Positions 33,575 through 41,742 of a DNA stretch of 64,000 nucleotides are shown piece by piece (within the stretch, counting starts at the first letter, position 1; the number at the start of each line of letters is the position of its first letter). A program made the position numbers and the translations under genes. The DNA comes from Chloroflexi bacterium UBA4730 (lineage in GTDB: Bacteria > Chloroflexota > Limnocylindria > P2-11E), in NCBI GenBank assembly GCA_002404155.1, contig DHJC01000092.1, forward strand, positions 10,636 through 74,635. Reading direction: 5' to 3'. The notes beneath the pieces are model-generated. The model was not told the origin of the DNA and ran no database searches. It was given only the letters and a program-made list of their open reading frames with translations.

Positions 33575-34788
33575 GCGAGCTTCTCCCCGACCCGGTCCCC
33601 GCTGAGCGCGTCGAGGAACGCGGTGATCTCGCGCGTCATTTCCGCCTCTTCCAGTAGGAACGAGTCGTGGCCGTAGTCGGCCTGGATGATGGCATGCCGG
33701 ACGTCCCCCCCATTCGCGCGGAGGGCCGCTGCGATCTCCTCCGAGTCGCGCGGCGGGTACAGCCAGTCGGAGGAGAATGACAACAGCAGCGTGGCCGCGC
33801 GGACCCTCGCAAGGGCGCGCTCGAGCGACCCGCGGCCGTACGTTCGCGCGAGGTCGAAGTACGTGAGCGCGCGCGAGATGTACAGGTAGGCGTTGGCATC
33901 GAAGCGCGCAGCGAAGGCCTCGGCCTGGTACCGCAGGTAGGACTCGACCTCGAAGTCCGGAGCCGCAAGCTCGTACCGCGGCTCGTCGCCGCCACGCTGG
34001 AACCGCCGCCCGAACTTCTCGCGGAGCGCCTGGGCGGACAGGTAGGTGATGTGGCCGACCATCCGCGCGACCTTGATCCCGGCGGTGGGCGACCGACCGG
34101 TGCCGTAATACGCGCCGCCCTGCCAGTCGGGATCGCTGGTGATGGCGTTGCGCGCGATCGCGTTCCACGCGACGCCCTGGGTCCCGAGGCGCGCGGTGCT
34201 CGCGATCGGCACGATCGCGCGGACGGCGTCGGGATACGCGATGGCCCACTCCAGGGCCTGCTGCCCCCCGAGGGACCCGCCACTGACGGCGAGCAGCGTT
34301 TCGATCCCGAGCTGGTGCAGGAACGCGCGTTGGGCCCGGACCATGTCGCCGACCGTGAGCACCGGGAACGCCGCCCCGTACGGCTTCCCCGTCGCCGGGT
34401 CGATCGAGCCCGGCCCGGTCGAGCCGCGGCAGGAGCCGATGAGGTTGGTGCACACGACGAAATAGCGATCGGTGTCGAATGCTTTGCCCGGCCCGATCAT
34501 TCCGTCCCACCAGCCGAGGCCGCTCCTCCCGCGCTCGGCCGCACCGACGCCGTCCACGGTCGTCGGGGCGGTCGGGTCGTCGCTCCAGCCGGCCGCATGG
34601 GCGTCGCCCGAGAGCGCGTGGCAGACGAGGATCACGTTGTCCTTCGCCGGCACCTGGGTGCCATACGTCTCGTACGCGATCCGCACCGGCGCAAGCGTCG
34701 TCCCCGAGTCGAGCCGGAGCGGCTCCGCCAGGTCGAGGGATTGGGTGCGAACGGTGCCGACCGAGCCGTGCACCGGAGCTGTCTCCAC
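33571..34788 (-). CDS. metX: homoserine O-acetyltransferase
   Basis: 405 aa. HALSGDAH, nucleophile elbow VSGGSLGGQQALEW, C-terminal GHDSFLLE. Confidence 0.92.
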   Translation of the reverse strand: METAPVHGSVGTVRTQSLDLAEPLRLDSGTTLAPVRIAYETYGTQVPAKDNVILVCHALSGDAHAAGWSDDPTAPTTVDGVGAAERGRSGLGWWDGMIGPGKAFDTDRYFVVCTNLIGSCRGSTGPGSIDPATGKPYGAAFPVLTVGDMVRAQRAFLHQLGIETLLAVSGGSLGGQQALEWAIAYPDAVRAIVPIASTARLGTQGVAWNAIARNAITSDPDWQGGAYYGTGRSPTAGIKVARMVGHITYLSAQALREKFGRRFQRGGDEPRYELAAPDFEVESYLRYQAEAFAARFDANAYLYISRALTYFDLARTYGRGSLERALARVRAATLLLSFSSDWLYPPRDSEEIAAALRANGGDVRHAIIQADYGHDSFLLEEAEMTREITAFLDALSGDRVGEKLA

Positions 34789-34797
34789 GCGAAGACG

Positions 34798-35448
34798 CTA
34801 CGCCGGGCCGCGGCGCAACGCGCGGGATCCAACGATGACGCCAAGGATGGCGAGCGCCGCGGCGGCGCTGATCGCCCAGTGGTCGGCGATATGCGGGTCG
34901 AGCGCGGGATCGCCGAGGATCATGTCGGCGCTGGTCCAGATGAGCGCGAGCGCACCGAGCCAGATGCACCGGGGCGCACGGTCGAGGACGGCCGCGATGA
35001 CGCCGCTGCCCAACAGGACGACCGGGATCGACAACCCGAGCCCGAACACGAGCAGCGGCAGGTCGCCGTGGGCCGCGCCGCCTACGCCGAGCACGTTCTC
35101 GACGCTCATCGCGGCGTCCGCAACGAGGATGGTCATGACCGCCTCGCGCAGCGTGCCCGCCGGCTGCACGCTCGTGCCGTCGTGCGCCGCGTTCGGGCGG
35201 ACGAGCCGGTACGCGATGACCGCGAGCACGATCCCGCCGGCAAGCTGCAGGTACGGGATCGCGAGCAAGAACGTCACGATCGCGGCGGCGACGATCCGTA
35301 GCACGACGGCCAGCCCGCCGCCCAGGAGGATGGCACGGCGGCGCTGCGCATCCGGCAGCCGGCGCGCGGCCATGCCGATGAGGAGGGCGTTGTCGCCGGA
35401 GAGCGCCAGATCGATGAGGACGATGGCGATGATCGCGGAGAGATCCAT
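34798..35448 (-). CDS. TerC-family integral membrane protein
   Basis: 216 aa. LIDLALSGDNALLIG and ADAAMSVENVLGV duplicated TerC motifs; 7 hydrophobic helices. Confidence 0.85.
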   Translation of the reverse strand: MDLSAIIAIVLIDLALSGDNALLIGMAARRLPDAQRRRAILLGGGLAVVLRIVAAAIVTFLLAIPYLQLAGGIVLAVIAYRLVRPNAAHDGTSVQPAGTLREAVMTILVADAAMSVENVLGVGGAAHGDLPLLVFGLGLSIPVVLLGSGVIAAVLDRAPRCIWLGALALIWTSADMILGDPALDPHIADHWAISAAAALAILGVIVGSRALRRGPA

Positions 35449-36323
35449 CAGCCCATCAACCGTAGCAAGGCGGTCGCCGCGGCCGAGAGCTCGGCGCCCT
35501 GCCGGGTGAGCGCGTGGATCGCTCGCTTCGGCGGCGGATGTCCCTCCACACGCAGCTGCACGAGATCGCCGTGCCCGAGCTCGGCCCGGATCGCCATCTC
35601 CGGCAGCAGCGCCGCGCCGAGCCCGGACAGCACCACGCGCTTGCAGGCTTCGGTGTTGTCGAGCTCCATGAGGATCCGCGGCGCCGTATCGCCCCCGGCG
35701 AAGAACGCGAGCGTGATCGAGTGGAGATAGGCCGCGGGGTCGCGCACGACGAGGCCGGACTGCGCGAGCTCGTCCATCTTCACCGCGCTCCGCCGCGCCA
35801 AGCGATGCGATGGCGCGACCACGACCGGCACGGCTTCGGTGAACAGCACGCGCGACGCGAGATCCGGCAGCAGGACGAGCTGGCTGACAAGCGCGAGCTC
35901 CACCTCCTCGGCGCGGAGGAGGTCCGCGACGAACCGGGAGTGGCCGCTCCGCACGAGCGTCTCGACCTGGGGATGGCGCGAGGCGAAGCGCGCGAGAGCC
36001 CGCGGTGCGAGGTACAACGCGAGGTCCGAGGCGAGCCCGATGGCCAGGAGGCTGCCCCGAGCCTCGATGCCGGCCTTCGCCTCGGTCGCGCCGCGGCGTA
36101 ACGAGTCCATCGCGGCGATGGCGCGGGGCAGGAAGCGCCGCCCCGCCGGCGTGAGCGCCACGCCGCGCCGTCCCCGCACCAGCAGCTGGGCCCCGAGCTC
36201 GCGCTCGAGGCCGTGCAGGCGGGCGGTGCAGGTCGGCTGGGTCAGGCCGAGGGCGTCGGCGGCGCGACTGATCGATCCACGGCGGTTCGCCTCGACGAAG
36301 GCCTCGACCTGGCCCAGCTCCAT
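35448..36323 (-). CDS. LysR-family transcriptional regulator
   Basis: 291 aa. N-terminal HTH FVEANRRGSISRAADALGLTQPTCTARLHGLE. Divergent from the aconitase gene. Confidence 0.9.
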   Translation of the reverse strand: MELGQVEAFVEANRRGSISRAADALGLTQPTCTARLHGLERELGAQLLVRGRRGVALTPAGRRFLPRAIAAMDSLRRGATEAKAGIEARGSLLAIGLASDLALYLAPRALARFASRHPQVETLVRSGHSRFVADLLRAEEVELALVSQLVLLPDLASRVLFTEAVPVVVAPSHRLARRSAVKMDELAQSGLVVRDPAAYLHSITLAFFAGGDTAPRILMELDNTEACKRVVLSGLGAALLPEMAIRAELGHGDLVQLRVEGHPPPKRAIHALTRQGAELSAAATALLRLMG

Positions 36324-36332
36324 CGCTCAGAT

Positions 36333-36355
36333 ATAGAGAATTCCTATGGTGATAG
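36333..36355. promoter_or_regulatory. candidate LysR operator: ATAG-N7-CTAT overlapping CTAT-N4-ATAG
   Basis: atagagaattcctat (36333-36347; T-N11-A architecture) and ctatggtgatag (36344-36355). AT-rich island in the 79-bp divergent intergenic region. Confidence 0.45.
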
Positions 36356-36402
36356 CAAGTCCATCGGACTAGCCTATGTGGCAGTTACGGGCCTACGATG
36401 CC

Positions 36403-38508
36403 ATGAGCGAGCAGGGTTCAACGGGGAGGCGTCTTGTGGCCGGGCTGAACCTGACCCAGAAGATCATCCAGAGCCATCTGACCGCCGGTGAGCTGAAGGT
36501 CGGCACCGAGGTTTCACTTCGCATCGACCAGGGCCTCCTCCAGGACACCACCGGGACGATGGGCTTCCTCCAGCTCGAGGAGCTCGGGGTCGATCGCATC
36601 AAGATCCCGTTCGCGATCGTCTACGTCGATCACAACATCCTGGCGATCGACTTCAGGAACCCCGACGACCACATGTTCCTGCGCTCCTTCGCGCAGAAGC
36701 ACGGGATCCACTTCTCCCGGCCGGGCACGGGCATCTGTCACTACCTGCACATGGAGCGCTTCGCGAAGCCGGGCCAGATCCTCCTCGGTGCCGACAGCCA
36801 CACCGTCATGGCCGGCTCGGTCTCGATGATCGCGATCGGGGCCGGCGGCCTCGACGTCGCGGTCGCGCTGGCCGGACACGGCTTCACCATGGCGATGCCG
36901 AAGGTCGTCGAGGTCCGCCTGGAGAACAAGCTCGGGCCATGGATCCAGGCGAAGGACATCATCCTCGAGCTCCTCCGGCGCCGCGACGTGAAGGGCGGCG
37001 TCGGCCGGATCTTCGAGTTCACCGGCCCCGGCGTCGAGACGCTGTCGGTCCCCGAGCGCGGGACGATCTGCAACATGATCGCCGAGCTCGGCGCGACCAC
37101 GGGCATCTTCCCGAGCGACCGCCGGACGAAGGAATGGCTCATCGAGCAGCAGCGCCCGGGTGACTTCGTCGAGCTCGCGGCCGATCCGGGCGCGACGTAC
37201 GAAGAGCGCGAGGTCATCGACCTCGCGACGCTCGAGCCGCTCATCGCCAAGCCGTCGAGTCCCGGCAATGTCGTGCCGGTCCGGGAGGTCGCGGGCACGA
37301 AGGTGCAGCAGGTCTGCGTCGGCTCGAGCGTGAACTCGGGCTACTCGGACCTCGCGATCGTCGCCGCCGTCATGAAGGGCAAGACCGTGCACCCCGAGGT
37401 CTTCATGACCGTGACCCCAGGCTCGAAGCAGATCCTCGACGCGCTCGCCGACGGCGGCGCGTACCAGGCGATGCTCGCGTCCGGCGCGCGCATGCTGGAA
37501 CCGGCGTGCGGCCCGTGCGTCGGCATGGGCCAGGCGCCGCCCACCGGCAGCGTCTCGGTCCGCACCTTCAACCGCAACTTCCCCGGCCGCAGCGGCACGG
37601 ACAACGACCAAGTGTACCTGTGCAGCCCGACGACCGCGGCGGCGACCGCGCTGCGCGGCGTCATCACCGACCCGCGCGATCTGGGCGAGGAGCCGACGTT
37701 CACGATCCCGGCGATGGACCCCGGCATCGACGATTCGAACATCCTCGTCCCGCCGCCGACCGACGAGGCCGCGAAGATCCACGTCATCAAGGGGCCCAAC
37801 ATCCAGCCGCCGCCGCGCCAGACGGCGTTGCAGAACATGCTGCACGGCGAGGTCATCATCAAGCTCGGTGACAACGTTTCCACCGGGGACCTCTCGCCGG
37901 ACGGCGCGGTGGTCATGGCGCTCCGGTCGAACGTGAACGCGATCGCCGAGTTCACGTTCAAGCGCTTCGACCCGAAGTTCCCGCAGCGCGCGCGCGAGAA
38001 GGGCGGCGGGTTCATCGTCGCCGGCCAGAACTACGGCCAGGGCTCGAGCCGCGAGCACGCGGCCCTCGCGCCGAAGGCCCTTGGCATCCACGCGGTGATC
38101 GCGCAGTCCTTCGCCCGGATCCACCGGCGGAACCTCATCTCGCAGGGGATCCCGCCGCTCGTGTTCAAGAACGAGAGTGATCTCGCGAAGATCGAGCAGG
38201 GCGACGTCCTGACGATCGATGGCTTGCGCGACGCGCTCGGGTCCAACACGGAGAACGAGATCGTCACCGCGCGCACGAACAACGGCGTCGAGATCCCGCT
38301 CAGCGCGAGCTACCTCCCGAGCGAGGCGCGCACGCTCCTCGCCGGTGGGCTGCTCGCGGAGCTCCGCCGCGGCGGCGAGGGCCTGTCGGCCGGCGTCGTC
38401 GTGAGCGGCGCCGCGGACCAGGGCTCGCCGCAGGAGAGCCAGAACCGATCGATCGCCGGCGACGACGCGGTGAAGACGGCGAAGGAAGCGGCGAAAACAC
38501 CACGATGA
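36403..38508 (+). CDS. aconitase-family hydratase (large + swivel domain in one chain; aconitate or homoaconitate hydratase)
   Basis: ORF 36376..38508, with ATG 36403 preferred. GADSHT, CGPCVGMG, NRNFPGRSG, and the C-terminal swivel domain GQNYGQGSSREHAA. Confidence 0.88.
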   Translation: MSEQGSTGRRLVAGLNLTQKIIQSHLTAGELKVGTEVSLRIDQGLLQDTTGTMGFLQLEELGVDRIKIPFAIVYVDHNILAIDFRNPDDHMFLRSFAQKHGIHFSRPGTGICHYLHMERFAKPGQILLGADSHTVMAGSVSMIAIGAGGLDVAVALAGHGFTMAMPKVVEVRLENKLGPWIQAKDIILELLRRRDVKGGVGRIFEFTGPGVETLSVPERGTICNMIAELGATTGIFPSDRRTKEWLIEQQRPGDFVELAADPGATYEEREVIDLATLEPLIAKPSSPGNVVPVREVAGTKVQQVCVGSSVNSGYSDLAIVAAVMKGKTVHPEVFMTVTPGSKQILDALADGGAYQAMLASGARMLEPACGPCVGMGQAPPTGSVSVRTFNRNFPGRSGTDNDQVYLCSPTTAAATALRGVITDPRDLGEEPTFTIPAMDPGIDDSNILVPPPTDEAAKIHVIKGPNIQPPPRQTALQNMLHGEVIIKLGDNVSTGDLSPDGAVVMALRSNVNAIAEFTFKRFDPKFPQRAREKGGGFIVAGQNYGQGSSREHAALAPKALGIHAVIAQSFARIHRRNLISQGIPPLVFKNESDLAKIEQGDVLTIDGLRDALGSNTENEIVTARTNNGVEIPLSASYLPSEARTLLAGGLLAELRRGGEGLSAGVVVSGAADQGSPQESQNRSIAGDDAVKTAKEAAKTPR

Positions 38509-39599
38509 GCCACCGGATCACCCTGATCCCCGGCGACGGCACGGGCCCGGAGATCGTCGCGGCGACCTGTCGGGCCATCGAGGCGACCGGCGTCGAGATC
38601 GAGTGGGACCGCCGGGAGATCGGCCTGCCCGCGATCGCGAGGTACGGCACACCGTTCCCGCCGGAGGCGATCGAGTCCATTCGAACGAACAAGGTGGGCC
38701 TGAAGGGCCCGCTCACGACCGAGCTCGGGAAGGGGTTCCGCTCGGTGAACGTCGCGCTCCGCAGGGAGTTCGACCTCTACGCGAATCTGCGTCCGGCGAA
38801 GACGTATCCGGGCGTGCGCGCGCCGATGGGCAACGTCGACCTCGTCGTGGTCCGCGAGAACATCGAGGACCTGTACGCCGGCATCGAATTCGATCTCGGG
38901 ACCCCCGAGCTCGCGACGGTGCGCGCCGTCATCGAACAAGCCGGCAACACGAAGATCCGCGAGGACGCCGCCATCTCGATCAAGACCATCTCCGAGATGG
39001 GCAGCCGCCGGATCGTGAAGTTCGCGTTCGAGTACGCGAGGGCGAACGGCCGGAAGAAGGTCACCGCGGTCCACAAGGCGAACGTCATGAAGTTCACCGA
39101 CGGCCTGTTCCTCCGGGTGGCCGGCGAGGTCGCGCGGGACTATCCGGACATCGAATTCGAGGACCGGATCGTCGACAACATGTGCATGCAGCTCGTGCAG
39201 AAGCCCGAGCTGTACGACGTGCTCGTGCTGCCGAACCTGTACGGGGACATCGTGAGCGACCTCGTCGCCGGGCTCGTCGGCGGGCTCGGCGTTGCGCCGG
39301 GCGCGAACATCGGCGCGAACGGCGTGGCCGTGTTCGAGGCCATCCACGGCTCCGCCCCGAAGTACGCGGGGCAGAACAAGGTGAACCCGATGGCCCTGAT
39401 GCTCGCGGGCACGCTCATGCTCCGGCACATCGGCGAGCGCGCGGCCGGGGACCGGCTCGAGCGCGCGATCGCCGCGGTCGTGGCCGTCGGCAAGGACGTC
39501 ACCTACGACCTCAAGCCGAATCGGGACGACCCGACGGCCGTCGGCACGAGGGAGTTCGCCGACGCCGTGATCACGCAGCTGGCGGCGGTCCATGCCTGA
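38505..39599 (+). CDS. NAD-dependent isocitrate/homoisocitrate dehydrogenase family protein
   Basis: 364 aa. LIPGDGTGPEI, ANLRPAK, VVVRENIEDLYAG, LPNLYGDIVSD, HGSAPKYAG. ATGA overlap with the aconitase. Confidence 0.88.
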   Translation: MSHRITLIPGDGTGPEIVAATCRAIEATGVEIEWDRREIGLPAIARYGTPFPPEAIESIRTNKVGLKGPLTTELGKGFRSVNVALRREFDLYANLRPAKTYPGVRAPMGNVDLVVVRENIEDLYAGIEFDLGTPELATVRAVIEQAGNTKIREDAAISIKTISEMGSRRIVKFAFEYARANGRKKVTAVHKANVMKFTDGLFLRVAGEVARDYPDIEFEDRIVDNMCMQLVQKPELYDVLVLPNLYGDIVSDLVAGLVGGLGVAPGANIGANGVAVFEAIHGSAPKYAGQNKVNPMALMLAGTLMLRHIGERAAGDRLERAIAAVVAVGKDVTYDLKPNRDDPTAVGTREFADAVITQLAAVHA

Positions 39600-40020
39600 G
39601 CAGGACGCCAACAACCCGGAGCGGTTCCGCTACAGCACGGGGACGAAGTACGAGTTCCAGTTCGGCTACTCGCGCGCGATCCGTCACGGCAACGTGATCC
39701 GCGTTGCCGGGACGGCGGGACGTGACGACGACGGCAACCCGCTGCCGGGTGGCATCACCGATCAGACGAAGCGGGCGCTGGAGATCGTCAAGGCCGCGAT
39801 CGAGGACCTCGGCGGCCGCCTCGAGGACACGATCATGACCCGCGTGTACGTCGCCGACGTCGCCGCCATCGAGAGCGTCGCGGTGATCCACGGCGACTTC
39901 TTCCGCGACATCCGCCCGGCCACGACCATCGTCCAGGTGAACTTCATCGACTCGCGGATCCTGGTCGAGATCGAGGCCGAGGTCGTGTACGGCGGCGCGG
40001 ATGCGAAGCAGCCCACATGA
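39592..40020 (+). CDS. RidA/YjgF-family protein
   Basis: 142 aa. VIRVAGTAG...TKRALEIVKAAIEDLGG...MTRVYV...VEIEAE pattern. Confidence 0.8.
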   Translation: MPEQDANNPERFRYSTGTKYEFQFGYSRAIRHGNVIRVAGTAGRDDDGNPLPGGITDQTKRALEIVKAAIEDLGGRLEDTIMTRVYVADVAAIESVAVIHGDFFRDIRPATTIVQVNFIDSRILVEIEAEVVYGGADAKQPT

Positions 40021-41000
40021 GCCTGGTCCGCGTCGTCGTCACCGGCGCCACGGGCCAGGTGGCGTACGCCCTGCTCCCCCGCATCGCGGCCGGTGAGATG
40101 TTCGGCCCCGATACCGAGATCGACCTCCGGCTCTCGGACATTCCGCCGATGATCGAGAAGGCCACGGGCGTCGTCATGGAGCTCGAGGACGGCGCATACC
40201 CGCTCCTTGCGCGGGTGTCCGCGAGCAGCGATCGCGCCGAGAGCCACACGGGCGCCGACTGGGTCCTCCTGGTCGGGAGCGTGCCGCGCGGTCCGGGCAT
40301 GGAGCGTGGCGACCTCATCCGGAAGAACGGCCCGATCTTCGTCGACGAGGGCAAGGCGATCGCCGAGCACGCCTCGAAGAACGTGCATGTCGTGGTGATC
40401 GGCAACCCCTGCAACACCAACTGCCTCATCGCGCAGCATGCCGCCGGCGATACGGTCCCCGCCGACCGCTGGTCCGCGCTCACCCGCCTCGACCAGAACC
40501 GCGCGACGTCGCTGCTCGCGACGAAGGCGCACCTGCGCAGTAGAGACGTGAAGCACCTCGCGATCTGGGGCAACCACAGCGCGACGCTGTACCCCGACTT
40601 CACGAACGCGACGGTCGGCGGCACGCCCGCGGACCAGGTCGTCGCGCGGACCTGGCTCGAGACGGAGTTCATCCCGGCGGTGCAGAAGCGTGGCGCGGCG
40701 GTCATCGTCGCACGCGGCGCGTCCAGCGCGTTCTCCGCGGCGCAGGCGATCGTCGACCACGTGAAGAGCCTCGTCACGAAGACGCCTGGCGACGACTGGT
40801 TCAGCGCGGCGGTCGTGTCCGACGGGAGCTACGGCGTCGCCCGCGGGATCGTCTCGTCCTTCCCGCTGCGCTCGAGGGGCGATGGCGGGTACGAGATCGT
40901 CCAGGGCGTGACGGTGGACGCCTTCGCGAAGTCGAAGATCGACGCCACGATCGCCGAGCTCGAGAAGGAGCGCGAGATCGTGAAGGACCTGCTGGGCTAG
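40017..41000 (+). CDS. mdh: malate dehydrogenase (LDH-like, type 2)
   Basis: 327 aa. VVVTGATGQVAY, VGSVPRGPGMERGDL, VVIGNPCNTN, IWGNHS. Confidence 0.92.
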   Translation: MSLVRVVVTGATGQVAYALLPRIAAGEMFGPDTEIDLRLSDIPPMIEKATGVVMELEDGAYPLLARVSASSDRAESHTGADWVLLVGSVPRGPGMERGDLIRKNGPIFVDEGKAIAEHASKNVHVVVIGNPCNTNCLIAQHAAGDTVPADRWSALTRLDQNRATSLLATKAHLRSRDVKHLAIWGNHSATLYPDFTNATVGGTPADQVVARTWLETEFIPAVQKRGAAVIVARGASSAFSAAQAIVDHVKSLVTKTPGDDWFSAAVVSDGSYGVARGIVSSFPLRSRGDGGYEIVQGVTVDAFAKSKIDATIAELEKEREIVKDLLG

Positions 41001-41002
41001 GC

Positions 41003-41110
41003 CTAGTAGCGGATCGCGGGCACGTCGGTGCCGCCCGGCGACCCACCGGCCCCGCCACAGGCGCCGGCGAGGAGCAGGGCCGCCAGGAGGCTCGCGAGCA
41101 GCTTCTTCAT
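41003..41110 (-). CDS. possible 35-aa lipoprotein precursor nested in the 3' end of the methyltransferase ORF
   Basis: MKKLLASLLAALLLAGACGGAGGSPGGTDVPAIRY. n-h-c signal architecture with Cys18. AAAGGGGA 6 nt upstream of the ATG. Same frame as the methyltransferase. Confidence 0.3.
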   Translation of the reverse strand: MKKLLASLLAALLLAGACGGAGGSPGGTDVPAIRY

Positions 41111-41716
41111 GTCGATCCCCTTTGAGACTGTACGGATCGGGCGCGCCGGCCGATCTATGTCCCTGGCGTTCCCCGCCTCGACCCGTCCCTCCGGCATGGT
41201 CGACACGCAGGAATAGATCGCGTTCAGGAACCGGCTCGGCACGCGCCCGAGGAGCCGCGTCGCGCTGAACCCCGCGCCCGGTGCGACCGCGAGCCACGTC
41301 GTGTAGCCGATCGGGTGCGGCACCCACAAGTTCCCGCGGTCGGCGTCGTACTCGACGAGCACGAACCTGCCACCGGGCCGCAGGTACGAGCGGACCAGCG
41401 CCACCACCGGCGCCTTGTCCTGCACGAAGTGCAGCGAGTTGGCCATGAGCACGCCGTCCATGCCGCTGAATCCGAGCGGCCGGGTGAAATCCGCGGTCCG
41501 CTGGTCGAACCGGACGCCGGCGAACCGCGCGCGCATCGCCTTCGCCTGCGTTGCGAGCGCGCCGCGATCCGAATCGATGGAGTGGATCGTGCCGTCCACG
41601 CCCAACAGCTCCGCGAGGGCGAGGGTGAACGCTCCCGTGCCGGATCCGAGCTCGAGCCAGGTCTCGCCCGCGCCGACCGCGTCGCGGATCAGCCCGACGT
41701 GGTCGGCATGCTCCAC
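41003..41716 (-). CDS. class I SAM-dependent methyltransferase; the ORF runs on in frame into a signal-peptide/lipobox segment
   Basis: 237-aa ORF. LELGSGTGAFTLALAELL (motif I), GVLMANSLHFV, LRPGGRFVLVEY. The last 35 codons encode MKKLLASLLAALLLAGAC..., with their own AGGGGA Shine-Dalgarno. Confidence 0.75.
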   Translation of the reverse strand: MEHADHVGLIRDAVGAGETWLELGSGTGAFTLALAELLGVDGTIHSIDSDRGALATQAKAMRARFAGVRFDQRTADFTRPLGFSGMDGVLMANSLHFVQDKAPVVALVRSYLRPGGRFVLVEYDADRGNLWVPHPIGYTTWLAVAPGAGFSATRLLGRVPSRFLNAIYSCVSTMPEGRVEAGNARDIDRPARPIRTVSKGIDMKKLLASLLAALLLAGACGGAGGSPGGTDVPAIRY

Positions 41717-41742
41717 TTAGGTGAGCACGCGCTTCGGGCTGG

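Noticed and set aside
34789-34797. SAM riboswitch upstream of metX and Mn (yybP-ykoY) riboswitch upstream of the TerC gene
   Set aside because: There are only about 9 nt between metX and the upstream gene, and the TerC start abuts the LysR stop (35448). There is no leader long enough for a riboswitch.
32258-34969. 903-aa ORF suggesting a giant MetY fusion
   Set aside because: Only the last 438 aa (from ATG 33574) are MetY-like. The first 465 aa are an Arg/Pro-rich alternative frame lying over metX, which has its own clean frame (33571..34788).
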